Shown here: positions 41,401-56,820 of the stretch, piece by piece
Layout: each line of letters opens with the position of its first letter
How positions within the stretch are numbered: position 1 is the first letter of the stretch
Source: the human T2T-CHM13v2.0 reference genome, Homo sapiens
Assembly: GCF_009914755.1 (NCBI RefSeq)
Contig: NC_060937.1
Strand: one strand, 5' to 3'
DNA: 64,000 nucleotides
The notes under the pieces: generated by a model
Seen by the model: only the letters and a program-made list of their open reading frames with translations
What the model was told of the DNA's origin: nothing
Databases searched by the model: none
Made by a program: the position numbers and the translations under genes

Positions 41401-42497
41401 GCATGTCGCTCCTTTCTTCTCTTCTGTTTATACATTCCCTGCACAATAATGTCTCTTTGCAGTAATATGTTTCCCCTTTTACACTATTCATATTGAAAAA
41501 GCCCTCACATCATGACCATGGTAATAAATACCATAGAAATGTGGATATAATGTCAATTTGCATTCTGTGAGAAGATCAAGGTAAACCTAAGGGCCAAAAG
41601 AATATTCTGCTAATGCTCATTCATCATTCTCCAGATCCAGGTGAAAGAAGGACCTTGTCACTACATTGCAAACCCCTTCTGTTGCTGCTGCATTTGTGTG
41701 AACATTTTAGCCTAATGCACCAATTGTTAAGTAGAAAGAGCAGTCTTTGAAATTGTCTATTGCACTCAAATCCCTAGCTGTACAAGGTCTGGGCAGGAGG
41801 CGTTTCTATTCAGAAGGAAATAGAAGGCTTTAGTTCAGTAAGCACAGTGTGGCTGAAGGTTACGGAGGATATTGTGTGTTTTTTAAATAAAAGTTTTCGA
41901 ATGGGGGAAAAGCTCATTATCTATAATGGCAACAGTGAATATGGAGTCAACATCTGGTGAAATTGTATGATATGTTGCTGCAGTCCTCACATTTGGAGGT
42001 ATCCATCAGTGGCTGGTTGACATCAGCATGTCCTAAATGTGCAAGGTGGAAAGTATTTTGTATTATGGAAGTAAACAGCTACACGTCTTAGTTTTAGATA
42101 TACGTTGTGTTATCACACACATGAATTCAGTATTCTCTGTAATGTCTGCCACTCAATTTAATATTGACCTTCAAAAATAAGAAGGGAAAGACTGTAAGTT
42201 CATAGGAAAAAATCAAAATCAGTTATTCTACACATATTATGAATAGACTACTAATTCTACTCATTGAACACAATCATTGAGGTTGGATAACTCAGCTACC
42301 TCTAGAACACTACCCTTTCCTGTCTCTTCTTTTGAAGCAGATATTAAAATGGCTGAAATGTTTCCAAAGCAATGACTTTCTGTAGGTTTTTAATGTTTTC
42401 ATTGTATTTTCCACACTTACCAGAGAGTACATAAATTTAGAGAAGCAGGCACTTCGGAACTGATGAAAGTCCCTTAAATCTACTTTTTAATGCATTA

Positions 42498-42872
<375 letters not shown>

Positions 42873-44229
42873 TTATTAAAGAGATTTTAACATCTTTGAA
42901 AAAGTTGAAAATCAAATCTTTTTTTCTTGTGATTTCTTTTTAACCTGTGTCTTTGGTGAATGTAACTAAATGTATTCTCAGAGGCCTCTCTACTTTCACT
43001 GCCTTTTCTTTCCATTTGACTTATTTTCCTTTACATTTATTTTAAATCATGTGTGATTTATTCAGAAAGAAAAAGAGTCAAAAAGGAAAGAAATAATTTT
43101 TTTTCCCATAAGACAAAGGCACACAACTAACTTGAAATCTCTGAATCTTACCATGTGTAGAAAACCTAAATAAAATGGGAATTTGGCAGAGGCTCTTCAT
43201 GTCTTTAGAGAACTGGCCCCAGCACATACTAATGTCATCTCAGTTTTAAAATTTTGTTTATAACCTTGCTCTTAAGAAAGAACTACTAGCCGTATGCCAC
43301 ATTTGCAGCCAAAATGCAGATTGAGAAAGTTTGACATTAGATTATTTTATAAAGGGTCCATTCACTTCTTTCCAAATGTCAAAGAAATTATGTCTGCCGG
43401 ACTCATCTTTGCTCCTCTAGCACAGATGACAAATGCACACACAGGCAGACAGAACCCCATGCCCGACTGATTTCTAAAAGCCTACAGATGAGTGTTTCGG
43501 GATTGGAAACCTATTTGTCAAATAGCCACGCCAATTTATGCTGTCTTCCTCCCAGGCAGCAAGGAAGACATTGTGGATTAGGCTTATAACAAACACTGGA
43601 ATGCTTTGCTTTACATTAGGTATCAGGACTCTGGATGTGTGTTCAAATATATTTATCCTCTGAAAAAGAGGTGGGGAAAAATTCACAATGAGTGAGGATG
43701 TCACTCACAGATCGACAGGGTATGTATTTACTGTTCAGCAAAGGCAGCAAAAAGAATCACATAGATTCAGAGCACAGGCCTGGATTACAGACTTCCTGTA
43801 TGTGAGAACATGGAATGGATTTCAAAAAAGGAAAAAAGAAAAGAAATCACAACGAAACAAAGCGAAGCACACAACTCGGAAGTTCCAGAAAACTCAAAAG
43901 CCTGAGTGAAAGCACGGTCTGGAACCCTATCTACTTACTCTATGTATGGACTTTAGCCAAAGACCAAATAGTTTTTGATTTACTATTGTCACTCAGCTAT
44001 CTATTCAAAGCTCTACTGAGAATAGAATGCAAATATCATTTGGTGAGTCTGAACTAGGAGACAGCATAATAGTACGTGTATTTTCCTGCTACTACAAGTT
44101 TGTCACCATAGAAAGTCACTACAGAAGATTCCCCAGGGAAATGGGCAACATCCACAACTGCAATCAAACAATACCAAGTGGGACTCTTTGAAAGAAGTAC
44201 TGAAAATGAAACCAAAGCACGTTCATCCT

Positions 44230-44355
44230 AATAGCTAAAATTTACTGAATGTTCACTATGCTGAACGCTGTACTTGCCCTCTTATCTTGCAACAACTCTA
44301 GGTCGTACATATTAGAAATTAAGGTATAGGGAGGTAAAATAATTTGTCCAAGCCA
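44230..44355 (-). mobile_element. MIR fragment
   Basis: 'aatagctaaaatttactgaatgttcactatg...atcttgcaacaactcta...agaaattaaggtatagggaggtaaaataatttgtccaag'. Confidence 0.6.
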
Positions 44356-44364
44356 AGAAAAGAA

Positions 44365-44530
44365 TATGGGTTGAATTGTGTTTCCCCTCATCCCGAAATT
44401 TGTATGTTGAAGTTCTAACCCCCAGGACCTCAGAATCTGACTTCATCTGGAAATCAGGTTGTTGCAGATTTAATTAGGTATACCATGAGTTCAGACTGGC
44501 CCCTTTATGTAAAGGGAGAACTTGGACATA

Positions 44531-44571
<41 letters not shown>

Positions 44572-44835
44572 AGAGAGAGAAAGAAAGAAGACCATGAGAA
44601 GATGAAGATGGAGATCAGATGATTCTTCTACAAGCCATGGGACAACAAAAATTGCCAGATAACCCACCAAAAGCAAGGGGAGAGGCATGGAACAGATTCT
44701 CCCTTGCAGCCCTTAGAAGAAACCAACCCGGTCCACACTTCGATATTAGATTTCTGGCCTCCAGAATGGTGAGACAATACATTTCGGTTGTTTAAGGCAC
44801 TCAGCTGTGTGGCCACTTGGTTGTGCAGGTACCCT
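44365..44835 (+). mobile_element. MLT1B-like MaLR LTR containing (AC)n(GA)n
   Basis: 'tatgggttgaattgtgtttcccc...tatgttgaagttctaacccccaggacctcagaat...gagaggcatggaacagattctccct...tttctggcctccagaatggtgagacaata'. Confidence 0.88.
44532..44580. repeat. (AC)18(GA)6 compound microsatellite
   Basis: Direct reading of the sequence. Confidence 0.95.
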
Positions 44836-46249
44836 GACTTCCCGGAGGGGGTTGTTCACCTGGCACCTTCCCTCACACCCACAGAGGGAGAACAGTGACC
44901 CTCAGATGGACATTCACTTATGCATGGGCTTAGATTCCAGACATGGCCCTGCTCAAAGCCCAGATGGGAGCATTTCATATAATGAGGCCTTTTCTGTCTG
45001 GCTACTAGTGGGCTCTCTTGATATTTAAGAGTTGCTTTTTGATTCAATTATCCCACAGAGTCAGGGAAAATTGGTAATACACAGATTGCCAATATGCAAG
45101 AGGAAACATAAGTCAGGTCTGGAAAAAGAGAATCTCCTTTCAAGCCTTGGATCCTGCATGTGACCTAAAGTGACACCATCTTCTCTCAGAATCTATTTCA
45201 TTTACTGACTTACATGGGACGAAGGGGGCTCCTTTGGGGAAGGGGACACGAGTTCTGCCCAGAGTTATTGGTCAGACATAGTGACATGATCGGATTGGAG
45301 GAGGGAGAGGTGACAGAAACAAGTTTCTATTCAAAGGGAAGGAGAAGGGCAGAGTCAGCCAGACCGAGCAGTGGATCTTTGACAGGGGCCGTAGTTTCCT
45401 GGGCATTGTTGCTGCCTCGAACAAACTGGGGTTCATGTGAAGAGGAAGAATTGCTTCACGAATCTTTTAGGATGTTGGGCCCAAGCTTTACACAATAAAA
45501 TTCTCACCCTGCCATCCCATCCTCCCTCTTCAATCAGCAGAGATGAGCTGAATGAGCACGGTCTGCCTTCTCCCTTCCTAAGAGCCTGCCCAGCAGCACC
45601 AGCCTCGCCAGGGTCAGAGCATCATCAGTCACTTGGTGAATCTCAAACGGAATCTGCACCAAGATGGCCACTCGCACTCAAGTAGAAGTGCCATGGTTAG
45701 CTCATGTTAGAGAACAGAGCTGTTCCTGATTTCATTCCTTTGTATGCTGGGGCAAAAGCAACCTTGCTGTGAGACCTTTCCCAACGGAGAATAACAGAGA
45801 AAGAAGGAATGTTTGCCTTCCAACCCCACAAGGTCCGCCTGGCTGGCAGGTGAGGAGGCAGGAAAATGCCGGCTCTGACTGGCACCAGGAAGGCAGTGGC
45901 TAAGTCAGGAGGTGCCGAATTCCAACTCTAGTAGCCCAGGGATGTTGTCATTTGGTCAGAGCCCCAGTATGACAAGAGAAAGGAAGATACTGATTCAAGA
46001 AAACATGTAAAATACCTCTCGCGAGTTAGCAGAAATATTTGGAGAGAGGTGATCCTCAAGGAAGTGGACTTCCTGCATGTTCAGGTCAGGGGTGAGAGCC
46101 ATGGGAACTTGGATGTTCCTGCTGAGATGACCGTGTTGTGCGCACAGGCCAGTGGGGCATGGGGCATTTTGGTGGTTGCTTACTGTCACTTTCTAATGGG
46201 TGTAATTACAGAACAACTTGTTCCTTAAAAGCTAATTCCCAAGACCTCA

Positions 46250-46894
<645 letters not shown>

Positions 46895-47234
46895 TTACCC
46901 AAATGGGCTCTTTTTCCCCCATCCCTACCCACTACAAGTATGGGCAGGATCTTTAGTCTCAGATTAAAATCAGACATTGCTCTGTGAAGAAATAATTGGT
47001 TGGAGAGATCTAGGGAACAGAGAGTGACTATGGATACTTAGAGCTAAGACTTCTTTATTTTGGCATAAAAAAGAAATGTTTTACCAGCTCCCTGCCAACA
47101 GACCATAAAGTCGACATGCCCTATAGGCACACACATTTCTTATAGTCATCTGCCTTTTAAGAGAAGGCCTGGAAAGAAAACAGGACTACCCATATCTAGA
47201 AGCCATCCACACAAGCTTCTTAATTAGGATCGTA

Positions 47235-47730
47235 TATGACAAAGGTAGGTTTAGATGCTGTACTGTGGTTTCAGCTACATGGGAGGCTGAGGCAGGAGGA
47301 TCATTTGCGCTGAAGATGTCTAGGCTGCAGTGAGCTGTGTTTGTACCACTGCACTCCAGCGAGACCATGTCTCAATAGAATAATAAAAAATGATGCTGTA
47401 ACAAGATACCTAACAATTATTCAGTAGCTTAAGAAATATAAGGATCCATTTTCCTATCCAGCAGCCATACAATCAGCAGGCGGCTCTTTTCATGCAATCG
47501 TTCTGGAGAGCAGTTCAGCCATCGTCAACCATGGTACCCGGGATCACTTCAGTCTGCAGAAAGAGGGGATGAAATTGTGAAGGGGTCATGATCATGCTCT
47601 TGAAAGTATCCACCTAGAAGAGGCTCATTACCTTGGATAGAACACTTAACTGCAAACATGTCTAGAAAATACAGTCTAGCCATGACCCAAGAAGAGCAGA
47701 TTTTGGTGGACAGATAGCCGCCTCTGCACA
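47235..47730 (-). mobile_element. Old MLT1 (J/K/L-like) LTR interrupted by an Alu fragment
   Basis: 'gatgctgtaacaa...tcagtagcttaa' start and 'aactgcaa...ctagaaaatacagtctagccatgacccaagaagag...ttttggtggacagatagccgcctctgcaca' end. Confidence 0.6.
47263..47390 (+). mobile_element. AluJ/FRAM right-arm fragment
   Basis: 'ctgtggtttcagctacatgggaggctgaggcaggaggatcatttg...ggctgcagtgagctgtg'; flanking repeat 'gatgctgta'. Confidence 0.85.
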
Positions 47731-47906
47731 AACGCAACAAAAGACAGCCAGAAATTCAATGATAAACTATGGCACCGGAGAGAAGGCATCAGAACAAAAA
47801 ACAGGACAACCAACTTCAGAGCTTATGCAGTGAACATAAAAGAAGCTTCAAAAATTCTACTTGGAATTTTAAGAAGATACTGCATTCTTAAAAAAAAAAA
47901 AAAAAT

Positions 47907-50799
47907 GGACATTCTAAGGTCACACCTCAAGGAACTAGAGAAACAAGAACAAACCAAGCCCAAACCCAGCAGAAGAAAGGGAATAACCAAGATCAGAGCA
48001 GAACTAAATGAAATTGAAACAAAAAAATACAAAAGATAAATGGAAAAAAAGCTGGTTCTTTGAAAACATAAATGAAATTGATAGATCATTAGCAAGATTA
48101 ACCAAGAAAAGAAGAGAGAAAATTCAAATAACTTCACTAGGAAAAGAAACAGGAGATATTACAACTGACACCACTGAAATACAAAAGATCATTCAAAGCT
48201 ACTATGAATACCTTTATGCACATAAACTAGAAAACCTAGAAGAGATGAATAAACTCCTGGAAAAATACAACCCTCCTAGCTTAAATCAGGAAGAATTAGA
48301 TACCCCGAACATACCAATAACAAGCAATGAGATTGAAATGTTAATCTAAAAATCACCAACAAAAAAATTCCAGGACCAGATAAATTCACAGAAGAATTCT
48401 ACCAGACATTCAAAGAAGAATTGGTACCAATCCATTTGACACTATTTTACAAGATAGAGAAAGAAGGAACCATCCATTATTTATTCTATGAAGCCAGCAT
48501 CACCCTAATACCAACACCAGGAAAGCACATCACCAATAAAAAACTACAGACCAATATCCTTGATGAACATAGATGCTAAAATCCTTAACAAAATACTAGT
48601 TAACTGAATCCAACAACATATCAAAAAGATAACCCACCATGATCAAGTGGGTTTCATATCAGGGATGCAGGGATGGTTTAACACATGCAAGTCAATAAAT
48701 GTGATATACCACTTAAACAGAATTAAAAACAAAAATCACGTGATCACCTCAACAGATGCAGAAAAAGCATTAGACAAAATCCAGCATCCCTTTATGATTA
48801 AAACTGTCAGCAAAATTGGCATACAAGGGACATATTCAATGTAATAGAAGCCATCTATGACAAACCCACAGCCAACATAATGCTACAAGGTGAAAAGTTG
48901 AAAGTATTCCCTCTGAGAACTGGAACAAAATAAGGATGCCTACTCCCACCACTCCTCTTCAACATGGTATACTGGAAGTCCTAGACAGAGCAATCAGACA
49001 AGAGAAAGAAATAAAGGGCATCCATATTGGTAAAAAGGAAGTCAAACTGTCACTGTTTGCTGATGATATGACTGTTTACCTTGAAAACCCTAAAGACTCC
49101 TCCAGAAAGCTCCTAGAACTGATAAAAAAAAAATTCAGCAAAGTTTCCAGATACAAGATTAATGTACACAAATCAGTAGCTCTTCTATACGCCAACAGCG
49201 ACCACGCAGAGAATCAAATCAACAACTCAACCCCTTTACAATAGCTGCAAAAAAAACAAAAAACAAAAAACAAAAAAAACCTTAGGAATATGGAAATACC
49301 TAACCAAGGAGTCAAAAGACCTCTACAAGGAAAACTACAAAACACTACTGAAAGAAATCATAGACGACACAAATGGAAACACATGTCATGCTCATGAATG
49401 GGTAGAATCAATATTGTGAAAATGACCATACTGCCAAAAGCAATCTACAAATTCAATGCAATCCCCATCAAAATACCACCATTATTCTTCACAGAATTAG
49501 AAAAAACAATTCTAAGTTCATATGGAACCACAAAAGAGCCCACATAGCCAAAGCAAGACTAAGCAAAAAGAACAAATCTGGAGGCCTCACAAACCTGATT
49601 TCAAACTATACTATAAGGCCATAGTCACCAAAATAGTGTGGTACTGGTATAAAAATAGGCACATAGAACAATGGAACAGAATAGAGAACCCAGAAATAAA
49701 CCCAAATACTTACAGCCAACTGATCTTGGACAAAGCAAACAAAAACATAAAGTGGGGAAAGGACACCTTTTTCAACAAATGGTACTGGGATAATTGGCTA
49801 GCCACATGTAGGAGAATGAAACTGGATCCTCATCTGTCACATTATAAAAAAACCAACCCAAGATGGATTAAGGACTTGAATCTAAGACTTGAAACTATAA
49901 ACATTCTAGAAGATAACGTTGGAAAAACCCTTCTAGATGTTGGCTCAGGCAAGGAGTCCATGACCAAGAACCCAAAAGCAAATGCAATAAAAACAAAGGT
50001 AAATGGTTGGGACTTAATTAAACTAAAGACCTTTTGCATGGCAAAAAAGGAATAGTCAGCAAAGTAAACAGACAACGCACAGAGTGGGGGAAAATCTTCA
50101 CAATCTATACATCTGATAAAGGATGAATATCCAGAATCTACAACAAACTCAAACAAATCAGTAAGAAAAAAACAAACAATCCCATCAAAAAGTGGGCTAA
50201 GGACATGAATAGACAATTCTCAAAAGAAGGTATACAAATGGCCAACAAACCTATGAAAAAATACTCAACATTACTAATCATCAGGGAGATGCAAATCAAA
50301 ATATGATATCACCTTACTCCTGCAAGAAAGGCCATAATCAAAAAATCAATAAACAGATGTTGGTGTGGATGTGGTGATCAGGGAACACTTCTACACTGTT
50401 GGTGGGAATGTAAACTAGTACAGCCACTATGGAAAACAGTGTGGAGATGCCTTAAAGAACTAAAAGTAGAACTACCATTTGATCCGGCAATCCCACAATT
50501 AGTGACTACCCAGAGGAAAAGAAGTCATTATATGAAAAAGATACTTGCACATGCATATTTATAGCAGCACAATTCACAATTGCAAAATCGTGGAACCAAC
50601 CCAAATGCCAACCAATCAACAAGTGGACAAAGAAACTGTGGTATATACATATACAATGGAATACTACTCAGCCATAAAAAGGAACAAATTAGCAGCATTT
50701 GCAGCGACCTGATGAGATTGGAGACTATTATTCCAAGTAAAGTAACTCAGGAATGGAAAAACCAAACATCGTATGTTCTCACTGATATGTGGGAGCTAA
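47907..50799 (+). pseudogene. Decayed L1 ORF2p (reverse transcriptase and C-terminal region)
   Basis: Fragments KSWFFE..., [13 protein letters not shown] active-site motif [10 protein letters not shown] (ORF 48936-49244), [13 protein letters not shown]...[16 protein letters not shown]; many stops and frameshifts. Confidence 0.92.
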
Positions 50800-51026
50800 G
50801 CTATGAGGACGCAAAGGCATAAGAATGATGCAATGGACTGTGGGTATTTGGGAGGAAGAGTGGGAGTGGGGCAAAGGATAAAAGACAACGAATATGATGC
50901 AGTGTATACTGCTTGGGTAATGGGTGCACCAAAATCTCACAAATCACCATTAAAGAACTTAGTCATGTAACCAGATATCACCTGTACCCCAAAAACTTAT
51001 GAAAAAAATAGATTTAATTAAAAAAT
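47907..51026 (+). mobile_element. 5'-truncated L1PB1-like LINE-1, roughly 3.1 kb
   Basis: Continuous ORF2 homology and the L1PB1-type 3' UTR 'gagctaagctatgaggacgcaaaggcataagaatga...gggtgcaccaaaatctcacaaatcaccattaaagaactta'. Confidence 0.93.
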
Positions 51027-51129
51027 TGGCTACTCTGAAAAGGAAAACCCAAAAAACAAGGAAGAGTCATAAAGTATGACAACTGAAATTTTAAAATTCA
51101 ATGAAATGGAAGATGATAGAGTTGGCTAT

Positions 51130-51304
51130 TGTTTTTCTTTCTTTTCTTTTCTGTTTTCGAGACAGGGTCTCACTGTGTTGCCCAGGCTGGAGTTCAGTGG
51201 CACGATCACGGCTCACTGCAGCCTTGACCTCCTGGACTCAAGCAATTTTTCCACCTGAGCCTCCCAAAGTGCTGAGATTAAAGGCGTGAGCCACTGTGCC
51301 TGAT
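51130..51304 (-). mobile_element. FRAM-like Alu monomer
   Basis: 'gagacagggtctcactgtgttgcccaggctggag...gctcactgcagccttgacctcctggactcaag...ctcccaaagtgctgagatta'. Confidence 0.88.
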
Positions 51305-52739
51305 CCTGGTTGTCAATATTTAAAATAAACTTACAGAAAATCGCAGATTTAATTACTGTTAAAGAACAGAGTACAAAAGTCATGGCAGTTGTAGGTAGAA
51401 AGGCAGAAAAGTGTAGGGATAGGTAGAGGGCTCCAATTTCCTCAAATTACATGCTAGGAGATCAACGCACACAGTCTAAAGCTAGAGGCTCAAAAAATAG
51501 AGGATTTAGAATATTCTTGTAATTGATAAAATCAACCACTAGAACTGAAAATAAACATGTGAAGTTGGGAGGATGTGGAGAGAGAAGTAATTCAGGTAAG
51601 CTCTCAGTTCTGTGTCCATTGATACAGCTTAAAGTTGACAAGTCAAGAAAGAAAAGTTGAGGGAAAATAGATATGTGGAGGTAACCACTAGAAGAAACAA
51701 AAGAGGGAAGTGGTTACCTTTGGCAAGTGGGAATGAAATACCAAGGGAGTGAAATGTTCTTTATTTAATCTCCCTGGATATTTTAATTTTCATTGTTATA
51801 TGTTTCTTGCATTGAATGAGATCTGAAAGGACACAAACTGTTAATAATAACTATGTTGAATTGGAATGAGGGCTGTGGGGTCAGGGGGCACGGGGAAAGG
51901 TAGGAAATTTTAGCTTTTTTTTTTCATTCTTTACCTGCCTCAATTGTATTTTGGTGATAATAATTATTAACTTTGTGTTGAAATAGCCATTACAATTTTA
52001 AATATCGCACTCCCCATATTTCAAGGAGTTTACAGGGGAATAGACCCTTCTGTGCTTTAAAGGGCATAGTGCACTAATACAAGGTTGCAGGCGATCTGTC
52101 TAAAATTCTGTTTTGGGGACTCTGAACTTCAACTTGACCATGAACTGCATCCATTTTCGTAAAGAATAGATTCTCACATAATATTGGATCTAACTTCTTA
52201 TAGGCACATTTTACAACTTTAAGTGATCAGTTTTGCCAATATAGCTTATTGCATTATTATGGCTTACAAAGGCTCTCTAGGTGTATGGCGTTCCTTTCGG
52301 GTGCTGTCCCCCAAGGACATTTAGTGTTAAGATTTTTAAAGAAGTGTATTTAAAGCACAACATGACTAATTTTTCAATGTTGTTAACTTTTAACAATTTA
52401 TTTCAAGCTGTGATGTATATGAACAAAATTAAATGCCAGAGGGCCAGGTTTTATGGCTATTGTTTTAATAATCATATGGTAATGTTTTTATTAATACCAT
52501 CTTTGTAACCGAAACTGTGGCTTTGACTGATTTAGTTTAATGACTGTACAACTTCCATAGATATCAGGATCTACCTTAGGCCAGAAAGATTGCAGAGTTC
52601 AGAACTGAAGAATTCAGAAGCTGCAGGAAGCATCAACACATTTTGTTCACCTAAAAATGTTTCTTGCTTGTTGGCAAATAAATATTATTTTGATTTTTTA
52701 GGTGTGAAAAGTTGGTGAGGTCATGAGACTCTCTATTCT

Positions 52740-52880
52740 GCTATACTGGAAGTCTTCTGAGGGCAAGGGGTGGGGGGATATTTGCTAATCTCCCTGGTGC
52801 TGGCACCATGAATAGTCAATAAATATCTGATATTTGTTTATTGAACACATGTATATATGAATGAATGGATGAATGAATGG
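52740..52880 (+). mobile_element. L2 3' end
   Basis: 'ctggaagtcttctgagggcaaggg...tccctggtgctggcac...aatagtcaataaatat...(gaat)n'. Confidence 0.6.
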
Positions 52881-54694
52881 GTCATTGATAGACATCAGTT
52901 TTCCAAGTCTTTATCTGATTCTCTGTGCAGAAGCCCGAACCACCCCTCCTATCACAGCTGTAAGATTACCAAGTGGAATCTTAAAAGTTTAAGGCCTCCA
53001 AAGGCAAAGACTGAGCCCAGAAGACTTATTTTCCAGTTTTGATAAAATGAAACCACAGGGACAGCCTCCCTCCTTCATGAGTGGCATTTATGCCAAATAG
53101 ATTTCATATGCTAGACAGCCCATTCTTAAGTGTGTGAATTTATTTCAAAGTTTAGACTGTAAATAGGCACCACGGAATCCATAAAAATGAAGATACCGTG
53201 ATTTACAGGAGGATGTGTATTTAAATCAGAATATCTCCTTAGGTGAAAACATATCACCCACCAAACAGATTTTATCAAGGGGCAGATTCCGCAGTAATGA
53301 TGAGGTAACTGGTGGGAGAGATAAACCTGAGAAATGTCTGGCAGATCTATTGAATGTGGACATTCATGAGGATTTCCTTCCAGCAATTCCTTCTAGAACA
53401 TGCCCCAAAGGGAAAACTGCTCTACTAGTGTGCTGTGAACCTCGGCAGCTTTGCACTGAAGTTTTTAAGAGAGCAGCACTAAATACGCTCAACTGCTCTT
53501 CATTCCCCATGTCCTCAGAGGCAGCAGCATAGACTTCTCCTGTCACAGATGGAAAAAGAAAAATTCTCCCAGGACTCTGAAAGCCATGACAAAACTGGAG
53601 ACCTCTTGTCCCACTGCTTGGAGGGGAAAGAGGATGTCCTGGGGCTTTATTTAGGAGTCTCAGACTTTCCACTGGGCCCCTTCTTTAGGTTCCAATGAGA
53701 ATATGGTGACATGTCCTTGTCTAGCCAGGGACCCCTTGGTTTGCCTTTCATAATTCATGAGCCTATTGGTGGTAGGTCTTGGAGAGAACCCTGGATCTGT
53801 GATCTGCATTTTGAGTTGTATTCCAAGGTTACATCCCTTCCTCACTCTCTCATCTCCCATTACTGTAATCTGTTAGGGGGAGTCTGACAAGTTTGCTTCT
53901 ACACAGAGGCTCCTTGGCATGGCTCCAAAAGATGCTTAGAGAGGGCACACCCTTAAATGTAATGTGGTCAAAGTACTATTAAGTTAATTACAATATTTAT
54001 TATAGAGCTATTTACAAGGTAAAGTCCTGCAACATAAAACATGAAAGATACATAATTACACAGAAATGGAAGGGAGACAGTAAGTTATCAAATACAAGAC
54101 ACTCGATTAACAAGTTGGCCTGAGAATAGGTTAGTGAGGCTCATCCACATGACACAGAGTTAGAGTCTATCTCTGTGTGACCTCCTTAGGGGATGTCAGG
54201 CATCTTGGAATCCAAGTGTTCAATGCCACCATTTTAGTTCTTTGTTTTGTCTCTATTTTAGCCATAAATACAAATACATATTTTTTCTTTAATGGGATGG
54301 AGACTTCACATGGAATCATTGCAATTGTCAATCATTTGCATCTCTCCAAACCAAGATGAAGCATATTTCTTATGTTAGCAATTCTGATAGTATCTTAGTA
54401 CATAGAATAGATACCAATCTTGCTATCCTTCAATTGAAAGGAAATGCTACTGGCTGCACTGTATACAATTTCCCACAAACTGCAGAATTTGTTTAGAACA
54501 TGAGGGCTTTTGTTGCACCATTCACTTTAACTTATTCATGTCTTCAAAACACTCAAGACAAGATGTTTTGATTTTATTCATTTAATTCACTCACAAAGGA
54601 TCTATTGTCCCCTTTAGTTTTTAAGTCTTCATGTATGTCTCCAATTTGCTATCTTTTTCTTCCTATTTTGACCTCATTCAGTCATTCATTCAAG

Positions 54695-54848
54695 GAACAG
54701 CAACTCCATTCTTCCAGTAGCTCAAGCCAAAAAAAAAAAAAAAGAAAAAAAATCAAGGGTCATTCTTAACTCTTTTTTTTTTCAATATCTCACATAAAAT
54801 TCACCAAGCAGTCCTCTTGAGTCTGTCTTCAAAATATATCCCAAAATG
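54695..54848 (+). mobile_element. L2 fragment
   Basis: 'gcaactccattcttccagtagctcaagccaaaaa...gggtcattcttaactc...gtcttcaaaatatatccca'. Confidence 0.65.
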
Positions 54849-54849
54849 T

Positions 54850-55335
<486 letters not shown>

Positions 55336-56624
55336 ATAACTAGGTGATATAACATGGCAACTAAAACTATATTATATGTGTCCCACTTTTGTAGAATGCT
55401 GAAAAATTCAGAGACTTAACAAGAAAGAGCTGTTAATAAAACATTAACTGATGAAAGAAAGGTTAGTTGGTAAAGAACATGAAGACAAATGCAATGCTAT
55501 TTAAAGCTTGGAAAACATGAGAAATTACGCAAGAGAAGTACATGAATAGTCTTAAAAAGAAAAATGAACAAAATGTTTAAAAGTAATGTTGGCAGCCAGG
55601 TGTTTACATGCCCAAGCCAGGGGTATTCATAGAAAAGCCAAAAAACTTATGAATTTTAACATACTATTACTTTTTAAAAGAATATATCCAAACTCTGAGC
55701 ACCTCTCATCACCTGAGTTTATGAATTATTCTTGGAAAATTCTACTTCTCCACATTTTCTGAATTTTCTATAGAGAATGAGTGTAACCTTTACAACAAAA
55801 AATATTATTAAAAATATTTGCTTTAATGAAAAGGTAATGGAAACTCAATATTTTTAGTTAACACACATTCTAATAAAGCTTCATTTTCAATCTAATTTGC
55901 CTTTATTAAGGTATGATGTTTTCAAAGATTAAAAGTTGAGCCAGTTGCTACCCAAGAAAATAAGAATCAAATTTAAATTTATTTGTAACTCGAAGGTAAG
56001 TGGAAAATATCAGCCTTTAGAAATTAGTTTTACTTATTTTTTAAAATGAAACTTATCCATACACATACACAATGTTGTACAGGTTTCTGAGGGGGCTACT
56101 TTTATACAGTGTTTAGTTGTTTGGTTTCGGCTTGTAAGTTATATTATTAAAAATGTTTATAAAAGTTTGGGGTCTATAAAACTAATAAAAATTACCCTCA
56201 GTGTGGTTTTTCCCATAGATTTGCCTTTGAAGTACAGTGCTGTGGTTTAGGTAGTTTCAAAGCTATATTTATTCTATCATTTTAAAGTATAAAAGTTAAT
56301 AACTTAATGGTAGCAACTTGAGCTATAATTTTAATTGTGAAACTGTTCTTTCTCTTGACATCACAATCCAGTGTAGTCGGGGTTTGAAAATCAGGCCACA
56401 GGAAAAGGACAGGTACACTCAGATTCTTTTTTTTTTTTTCCAAGATACTATTTTATGGAAAATGATTTTCATTCTCTTTAGAGCTCTCATCAGGCATATT
56501 GGTAGCCCGAACTTGTTGGCAAATATCCCAATGAAATGACATCAACCCTATGTATATACTTTGTTGGATGCTGGCAGCTGTGTAAAGAAAAGAGGAGAAA
56601 TATTAATTCTCCAAGTTGTTCTTT

Positions 56625-56820
56625 TAAGTATATTTATTGAGCACCTACTCTGTGCCAGGGGCTGTGCTTGTTGTTTCTACCCACATCATGTCATTTATTA
56701 CTCACAGTCTCATTGACAGTGAGGCGTTAAGGCCACCATATTCCACAGAAGGGCAGTGGAAGGAGCAATGCAGGACTTGAACCACAGTCATCAAATTCTA
56801 AGCCTGTTGCACACCATTCA
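56625..56820 (-). mobile_element. MIR
   Basis: 'atttattgagcacctactctgtgccaggggctgtgct...catgtcatttattactcacagt...gcaggacttgaaccacagtc'. Confidence 0.65.

Noticed and set aside
43220-43235. 'cagcacatactaa' resembling the U6 snRNA 5' region
   Set aside because: The match is about 13 nt with a gap and does not extend; not a U6 pseudogene.
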